From Dehalococcoidia bacterium (lineage in GTDB: Bacteria > Chloroflexota > Dehalococcoidia > SM23-28-2): a stretch of 64,000 nucleotides of DNA. The position numbers and the translations under genes were made by a program. Of the stretch, positions 1 through 10,180 are shown piece by piece. Every line of letters begins with the position of its first letter. The stretch's first letter is position 1. The notes beneath the pieces were generated by a model, which worked only from the letters and a program-made list of their open reading frames with translations, did no database searches and was not told the origin of the DNA. The DNA is taken from assembly GCA_030615765.1 (NCBI GenBank), contig JAUWYP010000004.1, positions 15,862 through 79,861 on the forward strand, written 5' to 3'.

Positions 1-620
1 GCGTTCTCCAGGATGCGCTCCGGATAGACACCGGTCGTCTCGCGGTGGCGCTCCCGGTCCATGAGCTTCAGGTCGTACAGGACGAGGTCGACGAAGGGCA
101 GAAGCCGCTGGTAGATCCCCCAGTCGGCGTGGCCGCAGGTGTCCAGAGCAGTATGTATTCCCCCTTCCCGACAAAGACGCAGAAAGGCCTCCACGAATTC
201 GGCCTGCATGACAGGCTCACCACCCGACACCGTGACTCCCCCACCGGACGTCTCGTAGAAGGCTCTGTCCTTGGCCACCTCGTCGTACAGCGCCTCGGCC
301 GTCCACTCCCGACCGATAACCTCCAGGGCGCCCGCGGGGCAGGCCTCGGGGCAAAGACCACACATGGTGCAGCGTTCCCTGTCCAGGCGCATCCCCTCTG
401 GCGTCAGCTCCAGGGCATCGTCGGGACAGACCCTCAGGCACTCGCGCGCACCAATGCAGCGCACGTCGTACCATACCAGCTCCGGCTGGGCAGAGAGCCC
501 CTCAGGGTTATGGCACCACTTGCAGCGCAGGGGACAGCCCTTCATGAAGACGGTGGTGCGGATGCCCGGCCCGTCCTCGGTGCTGAACCTCTGGACGTTG
601 AAAGTGACGCCGCTGGGCAT
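1..620 (-). CDS. Glycyl-radical enzyme activating enzyme (radical SAM, ferredoxin-insert type); 3' end cut by window edge
   Basis: Not in the supplied ORF track because it runs off the edge. Hand translation of the minus strand from the ATG at 620-618 gives MPSGVTFNVQRFSTEDGPGIRTTVFMKGCPLRCKWCHNPE (CX3CX2C). This is followed by two ferredoxin-like Cys clusters (CIGARECLRVCP, CTMCGLCPEACP) and GGVTVSGGEP. The frame stays open to position 1. The start lies 3 nt after the stop of the upstream ACAD gene. Confidence 0.9.
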   Translation of the reverse strand, partial: MPSGVTFNVQRFSTEDGPGIRTTVFMKGCPLRCKWCHNPEGLSAQPELVWYDVRCIGARECLRVCPDDALELTPEGMRLDRERCTMCGLCPEACPAGALEVIGREWTAEALYDEVAKDRAFYETSGGGVTVSGGEPVMQAEFVEAFLRLCREGGIHTALDTCGHADWGIYQRLLPFVDLVLYDLKLMDRERHRETTGVYPERILEN

Positions 621-623
621 AGT

Positions 624-1859
624 TCACTCGTATACTTTCTCTTCGAGCTGGTCGGCCTCAGGCGCGTCGGCCTCTACGTCGCGGCCCTCTCGGGGGAAGC
701 CCAGCTCGCGGTAGTACTCGTGCTGGATGATGAGACTCATGATCTCGCTGGTGCCCGTCCAGATCATGGACAGTCGCGCATCGCGGAGCAGTCGCTCAAT
801 GGGATAGACGTTGGTGTAACCGATGCCGCCCATAATCTGCATGGCGTGGTTGATGATCTCCCAGCCTGCCTCGGTGGCGAACTTCTTGGCCTCGGACACC
901 AGGCGGCGGAGGCGGCCCGGCTCGTCGCCGGCGTCGATGCAGCGGGCGGTCATGTCAACCAGCGCCCGGCTGGCGTCGAGGAGAGTGATGCTGTCGGCAA
1001 CCTTGAAGCTAACCGCCTCGAAGGCGCGGATCTTCTGGCCGAACGCCTTGCGCCGGTCGCTGTAGCGGGCGGCGATCTCCAGCGCGGCCCGCGCTGCACC
1101 CAGCGCGCCTGCCGCGCTGGTCATCCGCTCAGGGATCATCATCTGATAGAAGAGCTCGGCCCCGCCGTGCTCCCGACCGATGAGGTTCTCCTTGGGCACG
1201 CAGACGTCCCGGAAGTATACCCGCCCGGCCCCACCGCCGCGCGTGCCCAGCAGCCCGTAGACGTGCTGAACCTCGACGTCGGGCCCCTTCTCGACGATGA
1301 AAGCGCTGAGCGCTTGGCGCGAGGGGCCGTCGGGGTTGGTACGCGCATACACCAGGAAGTAGTCAGCACCCTCGGCGCCCACGATGAACCGCTTCTGGCC
1401 GTTGAGCACGTAGACATCGCCGTCGCGTCGCGCTGTGGTCGTCGCCCCGAAGAAGTCGGAGCCGCCCCGCGGCTCGGTGAGGGCCTCGGCCACGGTGAGC
1501 TTGCCTTCGAGGGCTGGACGTAACCACTTGTCCTTCTGCTCCGGCGTGCCAAACACGTGCAACGCCTCACCAACGATGCTGACCAGAGAGTAGAGACAGG
1601 GCAGCGAGCCTCCCAGCACGCCCACCTCCGACAGGGCCACCACCTCTTCCGCCCAACCCAGCCCGCGGCCGCCGTATTCCTCGGGGAAGCGCAGGCCCAG
1701 CAGCCGGCGGCGGGCGGCCGCTTCTAGGAACTGACGGGGGTAGGTGACCCGCTCGGCATCCATGTCCAGGATGAGCTGGCGCGGCACATCATCGCGCACG
1801 AAAGCCCGCACCTCGTCCCGCAGCTTCTTCCGCTCCTCAGTCAGCAGAGCGTCCAGCAT
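624..1859 (-). CDS. Acyl-CoA dehydrogenase family protein
   Basis: The track ORF is 624..1913. I prefer the internal ATG at 1859 ([12 protein letters not shown]), which is preceded by AAAGGAGGTG at good spacing. ACAD-like sequence runs along the whole length ([26 protein letters not shown]). It sits between the GRE and its activase. Confidence 0.9.
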   Translation of the reverse strand: MLDALLTEERKKLRDEVRAFVRDDVPRQLILDMDAERVTYPRQFLEAAARRRLLGLRFPEEYGGRGLGWAEEVVALSEVGVLGGSLPCLYSLVSIVGEALHVFGTPEQKDKWLRPALEGKLTVAEALTEPRGGSDFFGATTTARRDGDVYVLNGQKRFIVGAEGADYFLVYARTNPDGPSRQALSAFIVEKGPDVEVQHVYGLLGTRGGGAGRVYFRDVCVPKENLIGREHGGAELFYQMMIPERMTSAAGALGAARAALEIAARYSDRRKAFGQKIRAFEAVSFKVADSITLLDASRALVDMTARCIDAGDEPGRLRRLVSEAKKFATEAGWEIINHAMQIMGGIGYTNVYPIERLLRDARLSMIWTGTSEIMSLIIQHEYYRELGFPREGRDVEADAPEADQLEEKVYE

Positions 1860-1931
1860 TATTGCACCTCCTTTGGCGGTTGCAGCCGTCCCCTCGGTCT
1901 TTCGGCGCGCCAAGGCGCCCCCGCCAACAAC

Positions 1932-4343
1932 CTAGACCCCGTGCGCTTCACGGGCAATGATCTCGTCCTGGATCTCTTTCCCAAGCATGACGAAGTAAGC
2001 GTTATAGCCGGTCACCCGCACCAACAGGTTGCGGTACGCCTCCGGATCCGCCTGGGCCGCCCGCAGGGTGGCAGGGTCCACTACATTGATCTGCAGGCAG
2101 GTGCCACCGACCCGGTCGTACGCCCGCAGCAGGGCGGCCAGCTTGGCCCGATGCTCAGCGTCCCGAACCATGGAGGGGCTGACGCTCAGGGTGTGTGAGG
2201 CGCCGTTAGGAGCGGTCTCCATTCCCAGGTGGCCCACCGACTTGATGACTGCCGTAGGGCCCTGGCGGTCGGCGCCGTTAACGGGGCAAACGCCGTTGGA
2301 AAGAAACGTGCCCCGCTTGCGCCCGTCCGGGGTAGCGGCCGTGGAGGGAGCGTAGGCAACCCAGTAGTTCCAGGAGAGATAGCCACCCCGATAGCGCCGT
2401 CCGCTGGCTGGCGAGGTGTGCTTGAAAGCCTCCTCTGTCCAGAACTGGGATACCTCCTGAGCAATGTCATCCACATAGGGGTCGTCGTTGCCGAACTTGG
2501 GCGCCTTGCTGATCAGCGTCTGGCGCAGCGCCTCATGCCCCTCGAAGTTGACTCGGATGGCCGCCAATAGCTCATCCATGCTGACCGCCTTGTCCTCATA
2601 GACCAGCTTCTTGACGGCTGCCAGGGAGTCCACCGCGGTAGCCAGGGCGATGCCCTCCACAGTGATGTAGTTGTGGACTGCCCCGCCGGCGGTGATATCG
2701 CGGCCACTATCGGCGCAGCCGTCCACCAGCGCGCTCAGGTAGGGCGTCGGCTCCAGGGCAGCGCGGATCGCATCGGCCCCATTGTTACAGTCGATCAAGC
2801 GCTCCAGGAGCACTTTGAGCTGGGCCTTGAAGGCAGCCAAGAAGGCGGGGAAGTCGGTGAAGCCCCTGGGGTTGCCAGTGGCTGGCCCAACCCGCTTGCC
2901 GGTCTGCATGTCCCTGCCATCGTTCAGAGCCAGCTCCACCGCCTTGGCGATGTTGAGGTTCACATCCACCGTGCCCGATCGATCGTTGCCCTGCAAGGTG
3001 TTCTCCAGGCAACCGACCGGCGCATAGTCCCATAGCTCGTCCCTGGGCAGCCCCTGCCATTCGAGTCCCCGTATGGAAGCCTCGTCAAAGTTGAGGAGGA
3101 AGGGAGATCCCTGGACCTTGGAGATGATCTCCACCACTCGCTGGAGCAGGTCGTCGGGCGTGTTCTGGTGAAGGCGAACGTTGGGCTTCGGTTCCACGAG
3201 GTTCATGTCCTCGATGACGTCCAGCATGAGCCAGGTGAGGGGATTGCTGGCGTCCTCACCGTCGGGGCCCAGACCGCCCAGGGTGATAAGCTGACCGAAG
3301 CCGGAGTTGATCCCCTGGTTGGGGCCCACCCGCCCCTGGTAGTCGTAGGCGTAATTGTGCCTGATCCAGTAGCACTGGAGGAGCTCCCGCGCCTTGTCGC
3401 GCGTCATCTGCCCCGAATCGATATCGCGCTGATAGTAAGGATAGAGATACTGGTCGATACGGCCGGGAGAAAGGCCGGGCCCAGGATATGATTCGGCGGC
3501 CATCACCAGCATGTGGCTGAACCACAGGGCCTGGAGCGCCTCGTGGAAGGACTCGGCCGGGTTCCAGGGCACTTTGCGGCAGATGGCTGCGATCTGCCGT
3601 AGCTCCTCACGGCGGCTCTCGTCAGGCTCCTCCGCCGCCAATCGCTCGGCCTCGGCCGCGTAGCGGGAGGCAAAGACCGCGGCCGCCTGGCAGGAGATAA
3701 TCAGGGCCCGCAGTAAGTTCTTCCTCTTCCTGCCTCGCGCTCGCTGAAGCTTTTCCTCCAGTTCGGCGACGATCCCCCGAAAGCCGAGCCGCAGGACCTT
3801 GGGGTAGTTGGGGATGATGTGGCCAGGCACGGCACCGCAGTTGCCGACCCCCAAGCTATTGAGCTCCTCCGCCTTCCGGCGCCAGCGACCCTCCATCCTC
3901 TTCCAGCCCCGAGCTTCTCGCCGGGTGTGAGTCTTCGACAAGGCGGTGTTGAAGTAGGAGCCAACGATCAATTCGCCATCCAGAATCTTGGCCGGCAGGT
4001 GCCTCTCCAGAACCGCTCGAAAGAAGAGAGCCCGCCGCACGACCAGCGGTTCCCGCCAGAAGCCTGGCGGCAGATCCACCCGCTCGGCGCCGGCCAACAG
4101 GCTGTCCTGGCAGGCGTCTAGGAAAGGATACAGCTCGGGGGCGACTGTCCAGTTGTGGGGCGACCAGACCACATCCCAGGGGGTGCCGCTGGTATAGGGA
4201 CGCACCTCGTTGCGGAAATAGTCCCGCGAGTAAAAGGAGAAGAATTCCTCGCGCAGCCGACGCACCCGCGGCGAAAGAGACGCAGAGGCAGACCAAACAG
4301 TGGAACTAGCTATCACCATTCCCCCTGCCACGACTACCGCCAT
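1932..4343 (-). CDS. Glycyl radical enzyme (PFL-like superfamily, GCxE eliminase/dehydratase-like active site)
   Basis: 803-aa ORF. The C-terminal glycyl-radical motif is LLVRVTGYNAYFVMLGKEIQDEIIAR, and the thiyl loop is APVGCLENTL (Cys-x-Glu). The N-terminal region is typical of PFL2/glycerol-dehydratase-like GREs. The start is not certain, because the SD before 4343 is weak and an alternative ATG lies at 4319. Confidence 0.9.
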   Translation of the reverse strand: MAVVVAGGMVIASSTVWSASASLSPRVRRLREEFFSFYSRDYFRNEVRPYTSGTPWDVVWSPHNWTVAPELYPFLDACQDSLLAGAERVDLPPGFWREPLVVRRALFFRAVLERHLPAKILDGELIVGSYFNTALSKTHTRREARGWKRMEGRWRRKAEELNSLGVGNCGAVPGHIIPNYPKVLRLGFRGIVAELEEKLQRARGRKRKNLLRALIISCQAAAVFASRYAAEAERLAAEEPDESRREELRQIAAICRKVPWNPAESFHEALQALWFSHMLVMAAESYPGPGLSPGRIDQYLYPYYQRDIDSGQMTRDKARELLQCYWIRHNYAYDYQGRVGPNQGINSGFGQLITLGGLGPDGEDASNPLTWLMLDVIEDMNLVEPKPNVRLHQNTPDDLLQRVVEIISKVQGSPFLLNFDEASIRGLEWQGLPRDELWDYAPVGCLENTLQGNDRSGTVDVNLNIAKAVELALNDGRDMQTGKRVGPATGNPRGFTDFPAFLAAFKAQLKVLLERLIDCNNGADAIRAALEPTPYLSALVDGCADSGRDITAGGAVHNYITVEGIALATAVDSLAAVKKLVYEDKAVSMDELLAAIRVNFEGHEALRQTLISKAPKFGNDDPYVDDIAQEVSQFWTEEAFKHTSPASGRRYRGGYLSWNYWVAYAPSTAATPDGRKRGTFLSNGVCPVNGADRQGPTAVIKSVGHLGMETAPNGASHTLSVSPSMVRDAEHRAKLAALLRAYDRVGGTCLQINVVDPATLRAAQADPEAYRNLLVRVTGYNAYFVMLGKEIQDEIIAREAHGV

Positions 4344-4384
4344 GAGCCGCGGCTACCCAGATAGATTATAGCAGCTTCGGGCGG

Positions 4385-4798
4385 CTATTCTCCAATCACC
4401 TTGATCACCACCCGCTTGCGACGCTGGCCGTCGAACTCGCTGTAGAAGACCTGCTCCCAGGGCCCCAGGTCCAGCTTGCCCGCGGTGACTGGCAGCACGA
4501 CCTGATGGTGGATCAACGACCGCTTTAGGTGGGCGTCGCCGTTGTCCTCGCCGGTGCGATGGTGCTTATAGTCCTTCCGATAGGGAGCGAGACTCTCCAG
4601 CCACTCCCAGAAGTCCTGCCACAGGCCCTCTTCGTGGTCGTTAACCCAGATGCCCGCGGTAATGTGCATGGCGCTCACCAGGCAAAAGCCCTCCTGAACG
4701 CCCGACTTGTGGACTATGGCCTCCACCTCGCTGGTGATGTTCGCCAGATGGCGTCGGGTGCCGGTATTGAACCATAGGTATTCGGTATAGCTTTTCAT
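4385..4798 (-). CDS. YjbQ/UPF0047 family protein (secondary thiamine-phosphate synthase-like)
   Basis: The track ORF is 4385..4810. I prefer the ATG at 4798 ([10 protein letters not shown]), which follows GGAGG plus 5 nt. YjbQ-like motifs include [21 protein letters not shown], and [14 protein letters not shown]. Confidence 0.8.
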   Translation of the reverse strand: MKSYTEYLWFNTGTRRHLANITSEVEAIVHKSGVQEGFCLVSAMHITAGIWVNDHEEGLWQDFWEWLESLAPYRKDYKHHRTGEDNGDAHLKRSLIHHQVVLPVTAGKLDLGPWEQVFYSEFDGQRRKRVVIKVIGE

Positions 4799-5065
4799 GC
4801 GTTCCTCCACTGCCTGAATGTGCCCTTGATCGGCACCCCCTGTGACCTCTCGGTCGAGCTTTGGCGTTACCCATGGCCGCTGTCAAGCCCGCCAGAGCGC
4901 TACACTTCAAGGCTAGCCGGCCAATGCCAGGCCTCGCTCCGAGTTGTAGTCATCCTGATGCGCATAGACTGGGGTGCTCGCCCCGGCCTAGATAGTCGGG
5001 TATAATGCTACCGGTACACTAGGAAGCCTGCACATGATAGGCCTTCGGCCGCAGAGGAGGCAACG

Positions 5066-6235
5066 ATGGACTTCCGGTTCAGCGAAGAGGAGGAAGCCTT
5101 TCGCAAGGAAGTAAGGGAGTTCCTTCGGAAGGAGTGGACTCTAACCGACTATGACCTGGACAATCCCGACCACTGGAATGCAGCCAAGGAGTTGGAGAAG
5201 AAGCTCGGTGCCAAAGGATGGCTCTGCATGGCCTGGCCCAAGGAGTACGGCGGCCTGGGCGCCAGCCACATGCACCAGCTCGTGTTCCAAGAGGAAATGG
5301 CCTCTGCCCACGCGCCCGTCGTAGACGGCCAGGGTGTGTACATGGTGGGACCGTGCCTGATGTTTCAGGGCACTGAAGAACAGAAGCAACGCCTCCTGCC
5401 GCCCATAGCCCGCAGCGAGGTTGTCTGGGTCCAAGGGTTCAGCGAGCCCAATGCCGGCTCCGACCTGGCCAGCCTTCAGACTCGCGCAGTGCTCGACGGG
5501 GATGACTACGTAGTCAACGGACAGAAGACCTGGACCACCAGAGCCCATCGGGGCGATTGGATACACATTATGGTCAGAACAGATCCCAGTGCACCAAAGC
5601 ATCGCGGCATTTCCTACCTCCTAGCGGACATGCGCTCACCTGGTATCAGCATCAGTCCCATCGTCAATATGACGGGACAGGCTGACTACTACGAGGTCTA
5701 CTTCGATAACGTGCGCGTGCCCAAGAGCAACCTAGTGGGCCAGGAGAACCAGGGTTGGTACGTGGCCCTTACCACCCTGGCCTTCGAACGATCGGCCATT
5801 GGCGCCATCGTTTCCCAAACCCGTCAGGTTCTCGAGGATCTTGTGCAGTTCGCTGGAGAGACCAAGCGGAACGGCCAGCCCCTCATTAGAGACCCAATGA
5901 TCGGGCGAAAACTGGCCGCACTGACCATCGAGACAGAAGTTGCCCAACTTCTCAGCCACCGCATAGTCTGGATGGCAAGTCGTGGCCAGGTGCCCAATTA
6001 CGAGGCCTCAGTAGCCAAGACCTTCACCACCGAACTCCAGCAGCGAATCGCCAACTTCGGCATGCATCTCCTGGGGCTATATGGCCAGCTGACAGAGGGG
6101 TCGAAGTGGGCCGCCTTGGAAGGCCGCATTCAATACGAGTATCTGTGGACGGTGGGCGTGACTATTTACGCTGGCAGCAACGAGATCCAACGGAACATCA
6201 TCGCCACACGCGGCCTCGACCTGCCGCGCGGCTAG
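5066..6235 (+). CDS. Acyl-CoA dehydrogenase family protein
   Basis: 389-aa ORF with a GAGGAGG SD before the ATG. ACAD-like features include FSEPNAGSDL, the middle beta-domain, and the C-terminal IYAGSNEIQRNIIA. Confidence 0.9.
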   Translation: MDFRFSEEEEAFRKEVREFLRKEWTLTDYDLDNPDHWNAAKELEKKLGAKGWLCMAWPKEYGGLGASHMHQLVFQEEMASAHAPVVDGQGVYMVGPCLMFQGTEEQKQRLLPPIARSEVVWVQGFSEPNAGSDLASLQTRAVLDGDDYVVNGQKTWTTRAHRGDWIHIMVRTDPSAPKHRGISYLLADMRSPGISISPIVNMTGQADYYEVYFDNVRVPKSNLVGQENQGWYVALTTLAFERSAIGAIVSQTRQVLEDLVQFAGETKRNGQPLIRDPMIGRKLAALTIETEVAQLLSHRIVWMASRGQVPNYEASVAKTFTTELQQRIANFGMHLLGLYGQLTEGSKWAALEGRIQYEYLWTVGVTIYAGSNEIQRNIIATRGLDLPRG

Positions 6236-6510
6236 CCCCTCGCAGTAAGACAGCGGGCGACACGAGCGGTCGCCTCCTCTACTTCCCTACCGAGCCGGCT
6301 TACAGTCGGATCATACTGCCGACATCCAGTAACGAAGCGCCGCTTCCTCGCGTCTTTCCTAATCGAAGGCCCTGCGGGGCTCTGCACAACTCAGGAGGTG
6401 AAGGAACCACGTCAAGCCTTGAAGAGACACGGGCTACGTCAAGCGAGATACGGCGCGTCACAACCCGGATCGAAACGCGCCTCGATGCTCCCACCCCCCA
6501 CCTGCGCTGG

Positions 6511-7329
6511 TTGTGGGTAATCGGCCCTTTGACCATAGGCGCAACCATAGCGGCCCTCCTGATATGGCAGGAACCGAACCCGACCAACTATGCTGCCACT
6601 GCAGGTGTCATAGCACTTCTAGGTATCCTGGCTTTCACTGCTGCTGGCCAGGCGCTAACCCTTACCTCGCGCTTCCGGCAGAGCACCCTCTACATACAAG
6701 AGGTCGAGGAAAGCTTCGAGTCCCTCTGGCAGGTTATGTTCTCGGCTCTCGATCTGAGGGACGGGATTACCGGCGGCCACTCCTCGCGGGTCACCGACCT
6801 CGCCGTGTACCTGGGGCAACGGCTGGGCATGTCAGGCACCGAAATCGAGTACCTGAAGTGGGCTGCTCTTCTGCACGACGTGGGCAAACTGGCCGTACCC
6901 GATGAGATCATTACGAAGCCAGGGCCCCTCTCTGCTGCCGAGTGGGAACAAATGAGGCGCCATCCAACCTACGGACTCTCGATACTGGGCCAGGACGGCT
7001 TCCTCAGGCAAGTTGCCGAGATCGTCTACTGCCATCACGAACACTTCGACGGCAAGGGCTACCCGCGCGGCCTTGCCGGCGAGGAGATACCCCTTCCCGC
7101 ACGGGTGTTCGCGGTGGCCGATGCCTACGATGCAATGACGTCCGACCGTCCTTACCGGTCAGCCCTCTCTCATAGCCAGGCGATAGAGGAAATCGAGCGC
7201 AACGCCGGCACACAGTTCGACCCCAGAGTGGTGACAGTGATGCTGGAGTGGGCCGGGGAAGCCTCCCCCTCAGAGCACCGTCAGCTCGTCGCCCCTCCAC
7301 CGCCACTACCAGTCAGTGCTACCAGGTAA
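6511..7329 (+). CDS. Membrane-anchored HD-GYP domain phosphodiesterase (c-di-GMP)
   Basis: Motifs are HSSRV, LLHDVGK, HHEHFDGKGYPRG, and DAYDAMTSDRPYR, preceded by two hydrophobic helices. The track start at 6106 overlaps the upstream ACAD gene by 130 nt. There is no ATG, GTG or TTG in frame between 6236 and 6510, so the first usable start is the TTG at 6511. The start remains uncertain. Confidence 0.7.
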   Translation: MWVIGPLTIGATIAALLIWQEPNPTNYAATAGVIALLGILAFTAAGQALTLTSRFRQSTLYIQEVEESFESLWQVMFSALDLRDGITGGHSSRVTDLAVYLGQRLGMSGTEIEYLKWAALLHDVGKLAVPDEIITKPGPLSAAEWEQMRRHPTYGLSILGQDGFLRQVAEIVYCHHEHFDGKGYPRGLAGEEIPLPARVFAVADAYDAMTSDRPYRSALSHSQAIEEIERNAGTQFDPRVVTVMLEWAGEASPSEHRQLVAPPPPLPVSATR

Positions 7330-7403
7330 GAACGTCTGACCGCAACCCGCGTGGCCGCTGGACGCCATGCCTTGCGCCCTGCTTCGGGCTGGCCACTGCT
7401 CCC

Positions 7404-8708
7404 CTACTTGAACTCAACTAGCGGGCCGAAGTACTCCCACTTGCCCTTCCCATCCTCCACCGTAGCCCGCAGCATCTTGCCGGTCTGCAGACCCGTGTGG
7501 TCGGTGTCGGAGAAGGAGACATTCACTTCGTCTATGAACAAGTCGCTGTGAAAGTCCTTGATGGACTCCAGTGCATCCATGAGCCCCTCTCGCGTGAGGT
7601 TATCGCAGGTTCTGCTGAGCGCCTCCACCGCCACCTCTGCCAGCGACTGGGCATAGATAGTGAAATTGGAGGGCGTTGGCCCACCGTACTCGGACATGAG
7701 CCGGTAGTGTTCAGCTACCGCCGGCTCGTCGGTCCAGGCCGCCAGCTTGAGCGCCTGGAAGCTAATGGCACCCTCGAGGAGCTCGGGCGAAGCGAAGCTA
7801 AACATCATTTCATCGGAATTGATATAGCTCAGCATCCACTGGGGATGCCAGCCCAGGCGGTCGGCCTGTTTGATGGCCTGGGCGGTGAAGCCGGGACTGG
7901 CAACGGTGGTGACCACCTCGGCGCCGGAGTTCTTCATGTTGTTCACCTGGGAGCTGATGGTGACCGCCGCGACCTCGTAGCTCTGCTCGGAGACGATCTC
8001 GTTCTTATCGGGATCCAGCCCGTCCTTCACCCCTTGCAGGTGGTCGGTGCCTTGGTTGATATTCGGGTAGAGGACAGCCACCTTCTTGCCGGGCAGGTTT
8101 TCGGAAATGTACTGGCCGAAGAACACCCCCTCAATCCTGTTGCTGGGGATCATCTGGACCGTCCAGGGGTGCCCCTCAGGGTCGGCGCCGAACATGTGAG
8201 ACCCAACGGAGACCAGGATGTCGGGCACACCATTCTCGTTCAGGTAGTCCCAAGTGGCAGGATGGGGAGAATCGCCCAGGGAGCCCACCATGGCGAACAC
8301 CTTGTCCTGCTCCACCAGCTTGCGCACCACCTCCATGGCCTTAGCCGGGTCGTCCTGATTGTCCTCCACTTTGTAGACGATCTCGCGACCGCACACACCA
8401 CCCTGGGTCTCGTTGATGTACTTGAAGTAGGCTTCCACAGTCTGGGGGATCGTAGCGTAGACCGCCCCCATAGCGCCGGCGAGGGGACAATCCGCTCCCA
8501 GGAGTATCTCTGTGTCCGTAATGCCCGGCACCTCCGCCGTGGCGGTCCCGGTCGCCGCGGCTGTGGGCGTGTCGCCAGGGGTGGGAGTCGCCGCCTCCTC
8601 CTCCTCACAGGCCACTGCCAGGGCGATGACAGCAACGCAGGCTAGAAGCAGAACGGCTAGCAGAGCAGTGGCTCTACCCGGCAGCGGCACAACATGCCCA
8701 ACTCTCAT
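7404..8708 (-). CDS. Lipoprotein solute-binding protein, LivK/type-1 periplasmic-binding-fold family (paralogue 1)
   Basis: The track ORF is 7404..8750. By homology with paralogue 2 I prefer the start at MRVGHVVPLPGR (ATG 8708) with a GAGGGGAG SD. The lipobox-like sequence LAVAC is followed by EEEEAATPTPG, then GITDTEILLGADCPLAGAMG, which is typical of Leu/Ile/Val-binding-like proteins. Confidence 0.85.
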   Translation of the reverse strand: MRVGHVVPLPGRATALLAVLLLACVAVIALAVACEEEEAATPTPGDTPTAAATGTATAEVPGITDTEILLGADCPLAGAMGAVYATIPQTVEAYFKYINETQGGVCGREIVYKVEDNQDDPAKAMEVVRKLVEQDKVFAMVGSLGDSPHPATWDYLNENGVPDILVSVGSHMFGADPEGHPWTVQMIPSNRIEGVFFGQYISENLPGKKVAVLYPNINQGTDHLQGVKDGLDPDKNEIVSEQSYEVAAVTISSQVNNMKNSGAEVVTTVASPGFTAQAIKQADRLGWHPQWMLSYINSDEMMFSFASPELLEGAISFQALKLAAWTDEPAVAEHYRLMSEYGGPTPSNFTIYAQSLAEVAVEALSRTCDNLTREGLMDALESIKDFHSDLFIDEVNVSFSDTDHTGLQTGKMLRATVEDGKGKWEYFGPLVEFK

Positions 8709-8841
8709 GTCCGGTCTCCCCTCATGGCGTCCCCCATCTGTGGAGGACATCGGCTACGTCTTCTAGGGCCAACCCCTCCAGTGAGCAGGTGGCCTCTGTT
8801 TTCTCCGGAAATAGGCGCAGCCAGCGGTGGCTACTTCCCTC

Positions 8842-10155
8842 CTACTCGAACACATATAGCGGGCCGAAGTACTCCCACTTGCCCTTCCCATCCTCCACGC
8901 TAGCCCGCAGCATCCTGGCGGTTTGAAAGGCCGTGTGGTCGGTGTCGGAGAAGGAGACATTCACTTCATCTATGAGCAGATCGCCGTGCCAGTCCTTGAT
9001 GGACTCCACTGCATCCATGAGCCCCTCTCGCGTGAGGTTATCGCAGGTCCTGCTGAGCGCCTCCACCGCCACCTCTGCCAGCGACTGGGCATAGATAGTG
9101 AAATTGGTGGGGCTGGGCCCACCGTACTCGCTCATGATCCGGTAGTGTTCGGCTACGGCCGGGTCGTCGGTCCAGGCCCCTAGCTTGAGGGCTTGCATGC
9201 TAATGGCGCCGTCCAGGAGCTCGGGCGAGACGAACTTGAACATCATCTCGTCGGAGTTGATGTAGCTTATGACCCACTGGGGATGCCAGCCCAGGCGGTC
9301 GGCCTGCTTAATGGCCTGAGCGGTGTAGCCGGGAGCGGCAACGGTGGTGACCACCTCGGCGCCGGCGTTCTTCATGTTGCTCACCTGGGAGCTGATGGAG
9401 ACCGCCGTGATCTCGAAGCTCTGCTCAGACACGATCTCGTTCTTGTCTGGGTCCAGGCCCTCCTTCACCCCTTCCAGATGGTCGAAGCCCTGCTGGATAT
9501 TCGGGTAGAGGACGGCCACCTTCTTGCCGGGCAGGTTTTCGGAGATGTACTCGCCGAAGAACGCCCCCTCGATCTTGTTGCTGGGGATCATCTGGACCGT
9601 CCAGGGGTGCCCCTCGGGGTCATCGCCGAACATGTGAGACCCGGCGGATACCAGGATGTCGGGCACGCCGTTCTCGTTCAGGTAGTCCCAGGTGGCGGGA
9701 TGGACAGAGTCGCCCAGGGAGCCGACCATGGCGAACACCTTGTCCTGCTCCACCAGCTTGCGCACCACCTCCATGCCCTTCGCCGGGTCGTCCTGGTTGT
9801 CCTCCACCTTGTAGACGATCTTGCGACCGCAGACGCCTCCCTGGGTGTCGTTGATGTATTTGAAATAGGCTTCCACGGTCTGGGGGATCGTGGCGAAGAC
9901 CGCCCCCATGGCGCCGGAGAGGATGCAATCCGCTCCCAGGAGTATCTCTGTGTCCGTGATGCCCGGCACCTCCCCCACGGCGGTAGGAGTGCCGGTCGCC
10001 GCGGCCGTGGGCGTGCCGCCAGGGGTGGGAGCCCCCTCTTCTTCCTCCTCTCCGCAGGCCACCGCGAGGGTGATGACAATCAGACAGGCTGTAAGTAGAA
10101 CAGCCAGCAGAGCGGCGGCTTTACCTGGTAGTGGCAGGCCATGCCTGACTTTCAC
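8842..10155 (-). CDS. Lipoprotein solute-binding protein, LivK-like (paralogue 2)
   Basis: GTG start at 10155 preceded by AAAGGAGG. LAVAC-GEEEEEGAPTPG is present. It is highly similar to paralogue 1 along its whole length, and the 3' ends are almost identical at the DNA level. Confidence 0.9.
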   Translation of the reverse strand: MKVRHGLPLPGKAAALLAVLLTACLIVITLAVACGEEEEEGAPTPGGTPTAAATGTPTAVGEVPGITDTEILLGADCILSGAMGAVFATIPQTVEAYFKYINDTQGGVCGRKIVYKVEDNQDDPAKGMEVVRKLVEQDKVFAMVGSLGDSVHPATWDYLNENGVPDILVSAGSHMFGDDPEGHPWTVQMIPSNKIEGAFFGEYISENLPGKKVAVLYPNIQQGFDHLEGVKEGLDPDKNEIVSEQSFEITAVSISSQVSNMKNAGAEVVTTVAAPGYTAQAIKQADRLGWHPQWVISYINSDEMMFKFVSPELLDGAISMQALKLGAWTDDPAVAEHYRIMSEYGGPSPTNFTIYAQSLAEVAVEALSRTCDNLTREGLMDAVESIKDWHGDLLIDEVNVSFSDTDHTAFQTARMLRASVEDGKGKWEYFGPLYVFE

Positions 10156-10180
10156 ATTCGGCCTCCTTTCATGACCTTGC

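Noticed and set aside
45-1523. A 492-aa plus-strand ORF covering the GRE-activase/ACAD region, together with similar long ORFs: 7497..8645, 9193..10098, 12751..13665, 16286..17386, 20726..21619, 23344..24306, 24465..25748, 39598..41472, 42601..43737, 45946..47148, 50217..50912, 50928..51887, 53609..54460, 60257..61324 and 61468..62127.
   Set aside because: Each lies antisense to an ORF with clear family motifs and an SD-supported start. Their translations are Arg/Gly/Ala/Pro-rich with no recognisable motifs. This is the usual stop-codon-poor shadow frame of GC-rich DNA.
4365-4370. A TATAAT hexamer on the minus strand just upstream of the GRE start.
   Set aside because: There is no acceptable -35 element at 16-18 nt spacing. 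The hexamer lies only about 20 nt from the ATG and immediately after the yjbQ stop. Co-transcription with yjbQ is equally likely, so it is not reported as a promoter.
5001-5006. A TATAAT hexamer about 60 nt upstream of the second ACAD gene.
   Set aside because: The -35 region at 17-nt spacing reads TCGCCC. A lone -10 hexamer is too weak to call on its own.
6106-6510. N-terminal extension of the HD-GYP ORF.
   Set aside because: It overlaps the preceding ACAD gene by 130 nt. The translated extension is low-complexity and basic, with no domain. The region between 6236 and 6510 is more likely non-coding.
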